NCBI GenBank assembly: GCA_965197905.1
Contig: CBDAOB010000003.1
Span: 192,001 to 256,000 of the forward strand
Direction of reading: 5' to 3'
DNA length: 64,000 nt
DNA from: Candidatus Latescibacterota bacterium
GTDB taxonomy: Bacteria > Latescibacterota > UBA2968 > UBA8231
The notes beneath the pieces are model-generated. The model was not told the origin of the DNA. It saw nothing but the letters and a program-made list of their open reading frames with translations, and searched no databases. The position numbers and the translations under genes were made by a program. This document shows positions 1 to 8,773 of the stretch, one piece after another (within the stretch, counting starts at the first letter, position 1; each line of letters opens with the position of its first letter).

Positions 1-43
1 ACCTCTCTTCATGGTGTGTGCAGGAGCTGACGCGCCTTCCCAC

Positions 44-169
44 ATCCAACGTCCTGGGTCTGCCGCATCCGTGGGAGCGGCACCTCGTTTTCATTTGAGC
101 CTATCGAAATTCTCTCCAGCAGAAATATCAAAACGGCAGTGGGATGTCGGTAGCACCCTATTGCTATGC
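44..169 (-). repeat. attC site (126 bp), inverse core mutated
   Basis: + strand ATCCAAC(44-50)...GCTATGC(163-169). The arms CTGGGTCTGCCGCATCC and GGATGTCGGTAGCACCCTA pair with bulged bases. It overlaps the stop codon of the cassette gene; another minus-strand gene starts at position 12 and runs off the window. Confidence 0.8.
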
Positions 170-1258
170 ATGGTGAGTTCTCGCGCGTAAAGCATCGGTC
201 GCTTGTTCGACTATTCCAAGCCCAGAATCTACAACTTTAGTCCGCCATGACATATTTTGGGGACAGAAACACTCCAAGAGCTCTCGTTTTGAAGAATGGT
301 AGCTTGCGCTCTCTGCAGATCCATAGTGATGAGCACGATTCTCAGATCGGATCGCGCCCAGGACACGGACGACGCCGTAGGTTCCGAATTCTGCGCAGGC
401 AGTTCGGTAATCAAGCGATCTGAAATGGTGCTGCATCCACGCGTCGAACAAGCCAGAGGCCACATAGGCCGTGGAATCGGAATCTGCTTTGATCAATGCA
501 TCAATGTGATTGGCGCCAAAGGTGTTGGCGTACCAACTGCAGCCGGGTGAATCTGAGGATTCGTTCAGCAGCAATTTGTATGTTCCGAATGGGCCGAGCC
601 CGCTGTGGATGTCGATGTGAATGACCTTCTGAGCCGTGCCTATCCAAGAGTCGCAGTTGTCGGATACGATTCGGGCTGATTCACATGGACGGTTTCCGCC
701 AAAGAAAATTCCGCGGGGAAACTCGTACTGCCCACCTGCCACCGACTGCTTGAGTTTCTGGAGGCCATAACGCCAGATGTTCCAGAGCGCCTTCAGCTTG
801 AACGGTTCAAATTTGGAAGGTGGCGATTCCGGATTCAGAAACTCGTTTAGGTTCGCGTAGCCCTCTGGTGCCCCCTTGTAATCACCCGCGTCTTCCACAA
901 AGTTGCGGTTCAGATCGACATTGTTCTCGTTGAACCGCCTAAGACGCGAAAACCCGAATGGGTTCACAGCGTGAATGAAGACATACCGAATGTCGGGCTC
1001 CAAATTCGTTTTACCGAGCCGCTCAAGGAATGCCAGTTGTACCGCCGACCCCAAGAAGCCCTCAACCCCGTGGACGCCAGACGAAGTGACTACGGTCGGA
1101 GCGCCATTCGCACCGAGTATGGCGACATCGATTGCTAGCTCCTCTTGACACCTTGCGTTAATCTGATGCGAAGTGACACTTGCGCCAACCGCTGCTGCTG
1201 CATCTTTGAACCGGGATCGCGCTTCCGCGTATGTTTTGGAGAAATGAGAAGCGCTCAT
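164..1258 (-). CDS. DUF2817 / M14-like zinc carboxypeptidase-family protein (cassette)
   Basis: Motifs SGVHGVEG, NENNVDLNRN, DIHSG. Start moved to MSASHF (1258) because the longer start lies inside the attC. Confidence 0.8.
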   Translation of the reverse strand: MSASHFSKTYAEARSRFKDAAAAVGASVTSHQINARCQEELAIDVAILGANGAPTVVTSSGVHGVEGFLGSAVQLAFLERLGKTNLEPDIRYVFIHAVNPFGFSRLRRFNENNVDLNRNFVEDAGDYKGAPEGYANLNEFLNPESPPSKFEPFKLKALWNIWRYGLQKLKQSVAGGQYEFPRGIFFGGNRPCESARIVSDNCDSWIGTAQKVIHIDIHSGLGPFGTYKLLLNESSDSPGCSWYANTFGANHIDALIKADSDSTAYVASGLFDAWMQHHFRSLDYRTACAEFGTYGVVRVLGAIRSENRAHHYGSAESASYHSSKRELLECFCPQNMSWRTKVVDSGLGIVEQATDALRARTHHA

Positions 1259-1273
1259 CTTTACTCTCTCAGT

Positions 1274-1334
1274 GCAGAACGTCACGGATCAGTCGATACC
1301 ACGCTGCCGCGTCGGCTGCAATGACTGGTTATGC
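1274..1334 (-). repeat. attC site (61 bp)
   Basis: GCAGAAC(1274-1280)...GTTATGC(1328-1334) with an imperfect internal palindrome; overlaps the TAA of the 1329..1760 gene. Confidence 0.8.
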
Positions 1335-1760
1335 AGTTTGAGGTCTCTTTCCGCGGGCAAGGATGCCTCCAAGGAATCCCATTGGAATGTACGCCAGCAG
1401 AAGGTCGGACACGTTGAACCACACCGGACCGCCGAGCATGCTGGCCGCCGTCACGCCACCAATCAGAAAAAGCACGCCTATGCAAATTGCGAACTTCATG
1501 TGGTGGGTCGCCGCGAGCTTGGCAGCGATGAAAGCACCGGAAAGCGTTCCGATCGCGTGAGCCAGGAACGGAAAAATGAAGTTCACGGGCATAAACAATT
1601 TCATGCTTTCGCTGAGGTTTTGCATTGTGGATACGTCAGCGCCCTCAGGAAGCGGAACCACTGATGGGCCAATGTTGATCAGTCCCATATTGACCAGGCT
1701 GCCGACGACAAAACCGGAAATTACCGCCAGAATATTTCTCACGATGGGATTCACGATCAA
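1329..1760 (-). CDS. small multi-pass membrane protein, unknown function (cassette)
   Basis: 143-aa ORF with about four hydrophobic segments; stop codon lies in the attC core. Confidence 0.75.
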   Translation of the reverse strand: MIVNPIVRNILAVISGFVVGSLVNMGLINIGPSVVPLPEGADVSTMQNLSESMKLFMPVNFIFPFLAHAIGTLSGAFIAAKLAATHHMKFAICIGVLFLIGGVTAASMLGGPVWFNVSDLLLAYIPMGFLGGILARGKRPQTA

Positions 1761-1906
1761 ACAAGTCCCGTTAAAAGTGTGATTGTAGTTTTGGAAATAC
1801 GAGCCTTCTCTACTGAACAGACAATTGATCTTCTTGCACGTCTATCCTTCTCTATCCGGCCTTTATAAACGTAGGTGCGAATTTTTACTTTCAGCATATC
1901 TACGAT

Positions 1907-3376
1907 TCATTGTGATAAGTGGGGCGGAAGACGATGCTGGGTAAACTGCTCGTAACCGTAACCGACTTGCAGAAGAGAGGCTTCCGAATACGGTCGCCCA
2001 AGTAGCTGTAATCCAACGGGCAGCCCCGACCCTACAAACCCCATTGGCACGTTGAGAGCGGGGAACCCAGTCAGCGAAGCGAAGTGGTTGTTCGAACCAA
2101 CGGAGGCTTCGCTTCCCACCTGTTGTCCCTTAATTCTCGCGTTTAGGACAGGTGGGAAGCGAAAGGTTGGAAAGATGAGTGCATCGAGCGAACTCTGGCT
2201 CATCAACTCCATGAATGCATAACGGTATTGATCTCTGATTTGGTGCATCTGTTTGAGCCTTGGATGCTCCTCCGGACGGTATGGCCACATCATTGAGATC
2301 TTAAGTTCGTCGACATACCGGTCCAGAACCATACCCGTCTGAAGTATTTCCTCAAGAGAGCGTGCGGGCGAGTGGGCACCCATCCGTTTGAGAAATCCAT
2401 CCAGATCGAATCGAAATCGTAGGTACCAATCGAATGCATCAAATGCCAATGTGAACACATTGGTTTCAATTGGGTCGATGACTTTGACTCCTATTGATTC
2501 CAGGTCGGACACGGCGGCATCCAAAAGCTCGATGACCCTCGTATCGCTATCAGATGGCTTGGCGAGCTGACGAAGCACGCCCACCCGCATCTCTGAGGTC
2601 GATCTATCAGTCAATTGTTGGGTGTATCGCTTGTGTTTCTGATCAAGAGATTCTCCAGTCATAGCATCCAGTATGATCGCTAGATCGGTAACTGTTCGGG
2701 TCATGGGGCCGACTGTGTCCCAGTCCGCATTCATCGGCATGACTCCATCCATTTCGATCAGACCATGAGTAGGCCGGAGCCCAACCAAGCCGTTGATAGA
2801 AGACGGTGCTCTCACGGAACAGCCAGTGTCTGTTCCCAATCCGGCGACACAATAGCCAGCCGCAATCGCAACACCAGTGCCACCACTAGAGCCACCAGCA
2901 GCGTAGTCATAGTTATATGGATTACGGGTAGGGCCTTGAATTACTGAATTCTCCGTGTCGTGCATACCCCATGCGAATTCAGACATAGAGGACTTACCGA
3001 GAATAATTGCTCCCGCTTTTTTAAGTCTTTCGACAACACGAGCATCTGATTTCGGAAGAAGCTCACAAAGTGCGGCACAGCCACCCGTTGTGGGGAACCC
3101 CATGACGTTGATGTTGTCCTTGATGACTATAGGCACTCCATGAAGCGGACGTAATGAACCCCTGTCTGCAAGCTCACGGTCAAGGGCATTGGCACGCTCT
3201 TGGGCATCGTTAGCAACTGCGATCATTGCATTGAGGGTTGGACCTTGGCGGTCAAGCCGTTCAATTCGCTCCAGACTTGATTCAACGAAACTAAGTACAC
3301 TGAGCTGGCCTTGCTTGTATTTGGATAACAGATCGGCAATACTTAATTCTACTATTTGGTTATTGTGGATTAACAT
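1907..3376 (-). CDS. amidase-signature family amidase
   Basis: IVIKDNI (Lys), AGGSSGG (cis-Ser) and GTDTGCSVRAP (Ser) triad motifs. Confidence 0.9.
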   Translation of the reverse strand: MLIHNNQIVELSIADLLSKYKQGQLSVLSFVESSLERIERLDRQGPTLNAMIAVANDAQERANALDRELADRGSLRPLHGVPIVIKDNINVMGFPTTGGCAALCELLPKSDARVVERLKKAGAIILGKSSMSEFAWGMHDTENSVIQGPTRNPYNYDYAAGGSSGGTGVAIAAGYCVAGLGTDTGCSVRAPSSINGLVGLRPTHGLIEMDGVMPMNADWDTVGPMTRTVTDLAIILDAMTGESLDQKHKRYTQQLTDRSTSEMRVGVLRQLAKPSDSDTRVIELLDAAVSDLESIGVKVIDPIETNVFTLAFDAFDWYLRFRFDLDGFLKRMGAHSPARSLEEILQTGMVLDRYVDELKISMMWPYRPEEHPRLKQMHQIRDQYRYAFMELMSQSSLDALIFPTFRFPPVLNARIKGQQVGSEASVGSNNHFASLTGFPALNVPMGFVGSGLPVGLQLLGRPYSEASLLQVGYGYEQFTQHRLPPHLSQ

Positions 3377-3493
3377 GGTGCGGCTCTTTTAGGGTGCTTT
3401 GGACATGACTTTGGAAATGATGATATGCTAGGCAAGATTCAAGGCATGAACCCATTCGCTAGTTTACAATGTTTGCAATCGAAGCGGAACCAT

Positions 3494-3892
3494 TCATTCA
3501 ATGGACCCCCGGTCAATGGACTCTCGGTAAGCGCGCCAGCTGCCGAATTCGGTGATCTCTTTGTGCCCCTCGCAAAGGACGGGTTCGCCAATGACCCCCA
3601 ATACGCGTTCGCCGTTAGCAAGTTCTACTTTACCGACGCTGAGTCCAACTGATTCGCGATTCAAAATGGCGACAAATCCAGACGCTGTCAGCTGCCACAC
3701 TTCAAGTGCTATGGCTGCACCGCCTTTGTTGACCTGAACCATGGCAGGAAACTGATCGTCGATAGACCAAAGGCGGTAACGGTTGGCCGTTTGGTCGTTG
3801 CGAAGGAACTCGCCACCTGCGTCCAACATGGCCTGGTTACTGCGCATACCGCTCATTAATCCACCGTTTACTGCAAGCTGTATTCGGTCCAT
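3494..3892 (-). CDS. stand-alone allophanate hydrolase C-terminal-like (GGCT-fold) protein
   Basis: LAVNGGLMSG, YRLWSI, GAAIALEVW, GLSVGKVELANG and EITEFGSWRAY resemble the C-domain of allophanate hydrolase. GGAG precedes MDRIQ; alternative start 3913. Confidence 0.7.
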   Translation of the reverse strand: MDRIQLAVNGGLMSGMRSNQAMLDAGGEFLRNDQTANRYRLWSIDDQFPAMVQVNKGGAAIALEVWQLTASGFVAILNRESVGLSVGKVELANGERVLGVIGEPVLCEGHKEITEFGSWRAYRESIDRGSIE

Positions 3893-4046
3893 ATGTAAAT
3901 CTCCTCTCATCATTCTTTGCTAATAACCTTGGGGCCGTAAACACCCGAGGAAGCTGCCACCGTGAAGACAACCGCCGCTGGAGTTGGATTTATGTTGAGT
4001 CGTCTACCCCCACAGCAGAGACACGGTGGAGTGGCCGATGGAGGGC

Positions 4047-4880
4047 CTAGTCCTTCGGAAGGTGGTCCAGCAGCCAGATGCGCTCTTCGTCAGATAACGG
4101 GCCACGCCGTGCGCTCTCGACGTTCGGTCGGACCCATTCGGGCTTGCGCATGGCCACGATAAGTCGGTCCACGTGCGGGCTGTACAGCGCGTAGCGGAGC
4201 ATCAGATCCGCCACATGGGCTCGGAATCCCGCATCGCCGGCGCGGCCCTCAGCGTCCACGATGCGGTCCAGGGTCCACCCTCGGCCAAACGGCGAGCAGG
4301 CGATGTTCAACCACCCCAGCTTTCGGCAGGCTTCGAAGACACCTGTGGCATCCTTGGCGACGCTGTGCGGTTGTACCTGGAAGTCGTACGGGTTGTCGTG
4401 TCCAAGGACCCTCTCTGCGTCGCTTCCAGGCATATGCCTGCCGAGCATCCGGATCCGTCCCTCTTCCTTCCACCGAGTGGCCACTGCCACCTGCTCCGGC
4501 TCGCGCTCCGGGCAGTCGCGCGTGGCACTCGGATTGACCACCACTGCGTCAACGCAGTCGCTCTGCAGGTCTTCCTGCATGATATTGAGGTGGTGCGGCT
4601 CCAGGGGTACCGGGTAATCGGACTCGTCCTCTGGACCAAAGATCCCGAAGTGGCTCCAGCAGGCGACGGTGGCCTCTTCTCGGCGTCCCAGGCTCGCAAG
4701 GGCGGCGCCCAGTGCAATCCGCTCCGGTTTGAAGGTGGTGTCGAACCAGCGGATCCCTTCGTCGAGGCAGGCGGCCACGATCTCTATCACGACGCCGGCA
4801 TCGGGGATGGGGTCGTTACCCAGTTGCTGGACAAATGAGTGGCCGCCGAGCATCAGGGGGAGTTCATCACGTTGTTTCAT
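4047..4880 (-). CDS. aldo/keto reductase-like protein
   Basis: GIRWFDTT, WKEEGRIRMLG, ACSPFGRG and LRYAL...IVAMRKPEWVRPNV follow the AKR TIM-barrel pattern. Confidence 0.7.
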   Translation of the reverse strand: MKQRDELPLMLGGHSFVQQLGNDPIPDAGVVIEIVAACLDEGIRWFDTTFKPERIALGAALASLGRREEATVACWSHFGIFGPEDESDYPVPLEPHHLNIMQEDLQSDCVDAVVVNPSATRDCPEREPEQVAVATRWKEEGRIRMLGRHMPGSDAERVLGHDNPYDFQVQPHSVAKDATGVFEACRKLGWLNIACSPFGRGWTLDRIVDAEGRAGDAGFRAHVADLMLRYALYSPHVDRLIVAMRKPEWVRPNVESARRGPLSDEERIWLLDHLPKD

Positions 4881-4966
4881 GGCGCAACCCTTTCGAATCT
4901 ACGAAGCCTGAATCTACGGATCTCGAATCTGCGGCATCGACCTCCATTTACCCAATAGGTTTATCC

Positions 4967-5022
4967 GCCTCACGCACAATTGACCGGCAGCTTCGCTGTC
5001 CGTGTCCAATTGCTTGTTAGAT
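4967..5022 (-). repeat. attC site (56 bp), crossover core mutated GTT->GTG
   Basis: GCCTCAC gcacaattgaccggcag...ctgtccgtgtccaattgctt GTTAGAT; clean hairpin, but the minus-strand R' reads GTGAGGC. Confidence 0.85.
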
Positions 5023-5081
5023 CCTTGGGGGCACGAAGTACATCCTGCTTTATTCTTCAGAGCCGAAATCCTGGCTCGCCG

Positions 5082-5888
5082 TTAATCCAGTGGCAGACTC
5101 GCCTCGAAGCGCTCGACTTCAGGAAAGATGGTCTTTCCGCGGAGTAGGCGTCCCAGGCGTGGCTCGTGATCGTTGTAGACCTCCACGGCATCCGCATCGG
5201 CATACCGAAAAAATAAGATGCGCCGGTCACGATCTTTTGATTGGTTGCCCTCTGAGCGATGTATCATGTGACAGTGGAAGAACAAACATTCACCGGCCTT
5301 CATCGGGAGAGGAATCCCGCGGCCTTCGTCAATTTCCAATTCAACGGGACGCAAGGCATGGCGATCCTCATCGGAGAGCTTGAAATCCGTTTGACCCTCT
5401 TTGTGGCTGCCGGGTATTAGCCATAAGCAGCCGTTTTCGAGGTCCGCGTCATCTAAAGCGGTCAGGCAGCTGATGGCGTTGTAGGGATCCAGCTCACCGT
5501 AGGCATTGTCTTGGTGCCAGGCGAACGGCATCGTATTGCCGCGCAGTTTAAAGGTCAATTGTGAAGTCGCGGCCTTGATGTTCGGCCCGATTAACTGCTC
5601 GGCAATGTTTACCATCGGCCCGCTGAAATAATACTTGCGGACCACCTCACATCGGTGATGGATGTCGGGCAAGAGGGCGTTCTGAAGCCATGTCTTGCTC
5701 GGGTTAAAGGGACCCTTCCCAGCGATCCAGGCTTCCATGACCTGATCCAGCATCTGCTGCAATCCACTTTTCGTCAGGATCCTTCCCACATTCAAATAGC
5801 CCTGCTCGCAGTAGCGCTCCAATTGCTGACCTGTGAGCTTGGGATAGGTGAATAGGTCGGGATGTCGTCGAGTAGAGGATTCGGTCAT
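5082..5888 (-). CDS. phytanoyl-CoA dioxygenase (PhyH) family Fe(II)/2OG oxygenase (cassette)
   Basis: WHQD, GCLWLIPGSH, HRS..N...RR. The cassette cores GTTAGAT(5016) and ATCTAAC(5906) are perfectly complementary. Confidence 0.9.
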   Translation of the reverse strand: MTESSTRRHPDLFTYPKLTGQQLERYCEQGYLNVGRILTKSGLQQMLDQVMEAWIAGKGPFNPSKTWLQNALLPDIHHRCEVVRKYYFSGPMVNIAEQLIGPNIKAATSQLTFKLRGNTMPFAWHQDNAYGELDPYNAISCLTALDDADLENGCLWLIPGSHKEGQTDFKLSDEDRHALRPVELEIDEGRGIPLPMKAGECLFFHCHMIHRSEGNQSKDRDRRILFFRYADADAVEVYNDHEPRLGRLLRGKTIFPEVERFEASLPLD

Positions 5889-5905
5889 CGGCGTTAACCT
5901 TTCGG

Positions 5906-6027
5906 ATCTAACGCGGCAATAAGCAGCGCGGATTGTGCCTCGGCGTCAACTGCCTTCTAGGCCCCCAGAGGCCACTGAAAATCGCCATACCCTGTTGGTT
6001 GGTCTGCTCGATTGTTCATCATTACCA
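5906..6027 (-). repeat. attC site (~122 bp), inverse core degenerate
   Basis: ATCTAAC gcggcaataagcag...ctgctcgattgttcatc ATTACCA; homologous along its length to the site at ~9619-9737. Confidence 0.75.
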
Positions 6028-6038
6028 TGTGCCACGGC

Positions 6039-6127
6039 ACCCAACCAACTAGAGCTGTTGCAGTTATCTAGCTACTCGAGGGGGAACCCTTCTGCTGACC
6101 GCAACTGAGCTCATTTTCATGTTGCCA
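6039..6127 (-). repeat. attC-like hairpin (89 bp)
   Basis: ACCCAAC..GAGCTGTTGCAGTTA pairs with TGACCGCAACTGAGCTC..GTTGCCA. Confidence 0.55.
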
Positions 6128-6131
6128 TGTC

Positions 6132-6178
6132 CATGAACCGGCCTATCTGGCGGCCCCAGTCGCCTGGCTGTGTTATGA
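6132..6178 (-). repeat. short, probably partly deleted attC-like site
   Basis: CATGAAC cggcctatctgg...ccagtcgcctggctgt GTTATGA, overlapping the stop of the upstream gene. Confidence 0.45.
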
Positions 6179-6798
6179 CGTCTGATAGGTTCCTGCTCTG
6201 AGCCAGCCAGCGCCGAACAGCGTCAGCCCGCAGACCTCTACCCAGAAGATCGTGTCACTCAGATGCAGCAGTTTCCCGATGAAGAATACGCCGGCCATGC
6301 CTACCACCATGAGAATACTCACCCCGAGATAGAAGTACGCTCGCCCAGGTTGCTCCTTATCCATGGCATGTCTATAGAAGAAGTACATCAACCCGATGAG
6401 GCAGGCGAAGAGAAGAACGGCAGCACCATAGTGAAGGGACTTGGGTTCCACGCCAATGGCACCTGTGATTGCCCGAACCCATTCTGCTGGAAGGTCTGTA
6501 CTTGAGAATCCTCGCGTAGGGAACAAGGCGACGCAGGTGGCGAAAACGCCGGCCGCCTTGCCTAGCCAGAATTCCCAGTCCTTTCCCTCTCCTGTGCAGA
6601 CAAGAAAAAGCCGATCGCGATCAGAGCCCCCACGAACACATCTCTCGAATCTGTCCAGTAGGATATGCTGATTGAGGTGAGTTCGGGCTCTCCTGAGAGA
6701 ATCCAAACAACAGGAGCCAGCAAGAGAGCGATTGCACCTACGATGCGGCGCATTGTCTTGTAGTTGATCTGACGCTTCGCTGCTGTATTTGTCTGCAT
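6173..6798 (-). pseudogene. DUF998-like membrane protein, frameshifted (cassette)
   Basis: The N-part (MQTNT..SISISYWT..IGFFLSA) and C-part (TGEGKDWE..HYGAA..EVCGL.LFG..WL) are in different frames, joining near 6597. Confidence 0.7.
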
Positions 6799-6830
6799 GC
6801 TTCTGTCCTCCCTCTTAGTCCTTGGGGCCA

Positions 6831-6944
6831 ATCTCAGTTCTGGATTGCCGAGGTAGTAGCCTTTGGTCCGCGAGTGACCTGGGACCGGCCGACCTTAGTC
6901 TTCCCAACCGCAGGCAAATCGTGTTGGCAGCACCCTCACTGTGC
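6831..6944 (-). repeat. degenerate attC (same family as 44-169), both cores lost
   Basis: Arms ATCTCAGTTCTGGATTGCCG and TGTTGGCAGCACCCTCACTGTGC align with the arms of attC 44-169. Confidence 0.55.
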
Positions 6945-7001
6945 AGGGCGCGCCATGCGCCTCGCGATCATTTCCAGGTCCAGCTGCGATCTCACTGCGC
7001 T

Positions 7002-7063
7002 GCATAACGCCGCGGATCACGCTTCCGCCTCAGGCGGATTGCTGTGCATCCGGCTTGTTCTGC
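7002..7063 (-). repeat. attC site (62 bp) overlapped by the 3' end of the oxidoreductase gene
   Basis: GCATAAC gccgcggatcac...gtgcatccggctt GTTCTGC. Confidence 0.85.
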
Positions 7064-8075
7064 GATTCTCTATCGCGGCATCGATGGTTTTTCGTGCGAT
7101 GTCGACCACTCTCATCCCATCGTCAGCGCTGGCCAACAGGTCGGAGCGTCCGGAATCAAGCGCGTGTACCCATTCAGCGTACATTCCTTCGAAACTTTTC
7201 TCGGGGCAATATTCAAAGTCCGTCGTTCCCGAGGCATTGTCCATTCTGAAGCTACTGGCCTCCCGATCATACCGGATCACGCCGTCGGTGCCGATCAATT
7301 CATAGACGAATTCAAACGCCGGGTTCTTCGATGTCTGATGGTATGAGTAGCTCATTTCTACCATTGTGTGGGCACCATTGGCATGGTCCATATGGAGCCA
7401 GACATGGTCCGGGGCTTCATATTCATCGACCCAGGCCCCGTGCCCGTCGAACCGGATCACATCCGAATCAAGCCAGAACATGGCAAGATCGATCTGGTGG
7501 GTTCCACAAGAAAGCAAGGGGCCGCCTTCCAGCATTTGACCTTCGCGCCGCGCCTGGATCGTCGGGTTTCCGCTTGCGTCTGTGACAAACTTCCCGTGGC
7601 AGTTCCAGTTGTAGATCAGGCGAAGGGAACGGACATCGCCGATGGCCTTTGATGCCAACAGTTCTTGAATCTTCAGTGCGCAGGGGCTGAAGCGATAGCA
7701 AAATGCTGTATACAGGGACACGCCGGCCGCGTCTGTAGCCACGATCATCTCGGCGGCCTCGCCGCGATCCATGGCCAGCGGCTTTTCGCAGAGGATTGGA
7801 AGCCCACATCGGGCCGCATCCAACACGTTTTCTTTGTGGCAGGGGGCGGGTGATGCGATAGTTACAGCCTCAATTCCGGAGTCAAAGAACATCCCGGTGT
7901 CGGTAAATGCTTCCGGTATGCCATACGTCTCTTGCATGCGCTCGAGCGCATCGGCGCTGGGATCGTAGACTGCGTGCAAGCTAAGACCGTCTGTTCTCAG
8001 AATGGCCGGTATATGGCCGTAGTCTGCAACGGTACCACAGCCCATCAGTCCGATGCTTCTTGGCTTTCTAGTCAT
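7017..8075 (-). CDS. Gfo/Idh/MocA family oxidoreductase (cassette)
   Basis: IGLMGCGTVA Rossmann motif, ILCEKP, GGPLLSCGTHQIDL. Confidence 0.92.
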   Translation of the reverse strand: MTRKPRSIGLMGCGTVADYGHIPAILRTDGLSLHAVYDPSADALERMQETYGIPEAFTDTGMFFDSGIEAVTIASPAPCHKENVLDAARCGLPILCEKPLAMDRGEAAEMIVATDAAGVSLYTAFCYRFSPCALKIQELLASKAIGDVRSLRLIYNWNCHGKFVTDASGNPTIQARREGQMLEGGPLLSCGTHQIDLAMFWLDSDVIRFDGHGAWVDEYEAPDHVWLHMDHANGAHTMVEMSYSYHQTSKNPAFEFVYELIGTDGVIRYDREASSFRMDNASGTTDFEYCPEKSFEGMYAEWVHALDSGRSDLLASADDGMRVVDIARKTIDAAIENRRTSRMHSNPPEAEA

Positions 8076-8086
8076 GAGGTCTCCTC

Positions 8087-8145
8087 GTAGACCGTTGCGC
8101 TGCAGCGGCGCGCGCTAGCGTGTCCACTGCAGCGGTTAGTTAGGC
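8087..8145 (-). repeat. attC site (59 bp), crossover core mutated
   Basis: GTAGACC gttgcgctgcagcgg...ccactgcagcggtta GTTAGGC; the left core expected from the partner site would be GCAGAAC. Confidence 0.8.
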
Positions 8146-8646
8146 TACGAATTCGATCCGATCGCCCCACCGCGTACTGACTAGGCCAACTTTCTCAAAG
8201 TCTAAAGACCTCAACAGATTTATGGAGGAGGAATTTTCCGCGTGCGTTTGGGCAACCACGGCCCGAGCACCCAATTCCTCTTTTGCGTAGTCTCGCACTG
8301 CGCAAATCGCCTCCGAAGCGATCCCACGACGTCGCCAGCTTGGGATTATAGCATAGCTCAGTGCGGGTTTCTCCAATTTGGCATTGTGCAACGCAATGAA
8401 ACCAACGAACGGGGCCGATTCTGGCACCTGGATCGACCAATACAAATGTTCGCCGGTGAGAGATCGTTCCCGGTTAAGGCGAAGTCTCTCAGGCAGTTCC
8501 TCGGCCGAAATTGGACTGAGTACGTAGGACAGAGTATCCTGGTCAGATACAAGCTCGCTGTAGCCTGTGGCATCTGCATCCTCCATTTCACGCAGTAGGA
8601 GCCGACTCGTTTGTAAAATGGGAAACGATCTCAAATCGGATATCAA
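8140..8646 (-). CDS. GNAT (RimJ/RimL-like) N-acetyltransferase (cassette)
   Basis: LQTSRLLLRE, WRRRGIASEA, ENSSSINLLRSLDF. Confidence 0.88.
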   Translation of the reverse strand: MISDLRSFPILQTSRLLLREMEDADATGYSELVSDQDTLSYVLSPISAEELPERLRLNRERSLTGEHLYWSIQVPESAPFVGFIALHNAKLEKPALSYAIIPSWRRRGIASEAICAVRDYAKEELGARAVVAQTHAENSSSINLLRSLDFEKVGLVSTRWGDRIEFVA

Positions 8647-8661
8647 AACCTAATTGCTGCT

Positions 8662-8722
8662 ACCTAACGCCTCGCATCAGCGGCTGGCCGGTAGGCCCGT
8701 CCGCTGCATGCGCTTGTTATAT
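8662..8722 (-). repeat. attC site (61 bp), canonical
   Basis: ACCTAAC gcctcgcatcagcgg...ccgctgcatgcgctt GTTATAT, with an extrahelical base. Confidence 0.92.
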
Positions 8723-8773
8723 GGCAGCCTGGAAGTCGCGATAATGCCAAGTCGAAAATTGAATTATTCTTTG

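Noticed and set aside
3914..4046. Possible attC between AKR and the AH C-domain gene
   Set aside because: AAC and GTT triplets are present, but I could not pair complementary arms.
4896..4940. Three degenerate 15-bp GAATCT-containing repeats
   Set aside because: Too short and degenerate; no spacer structure, so not CRISPR.
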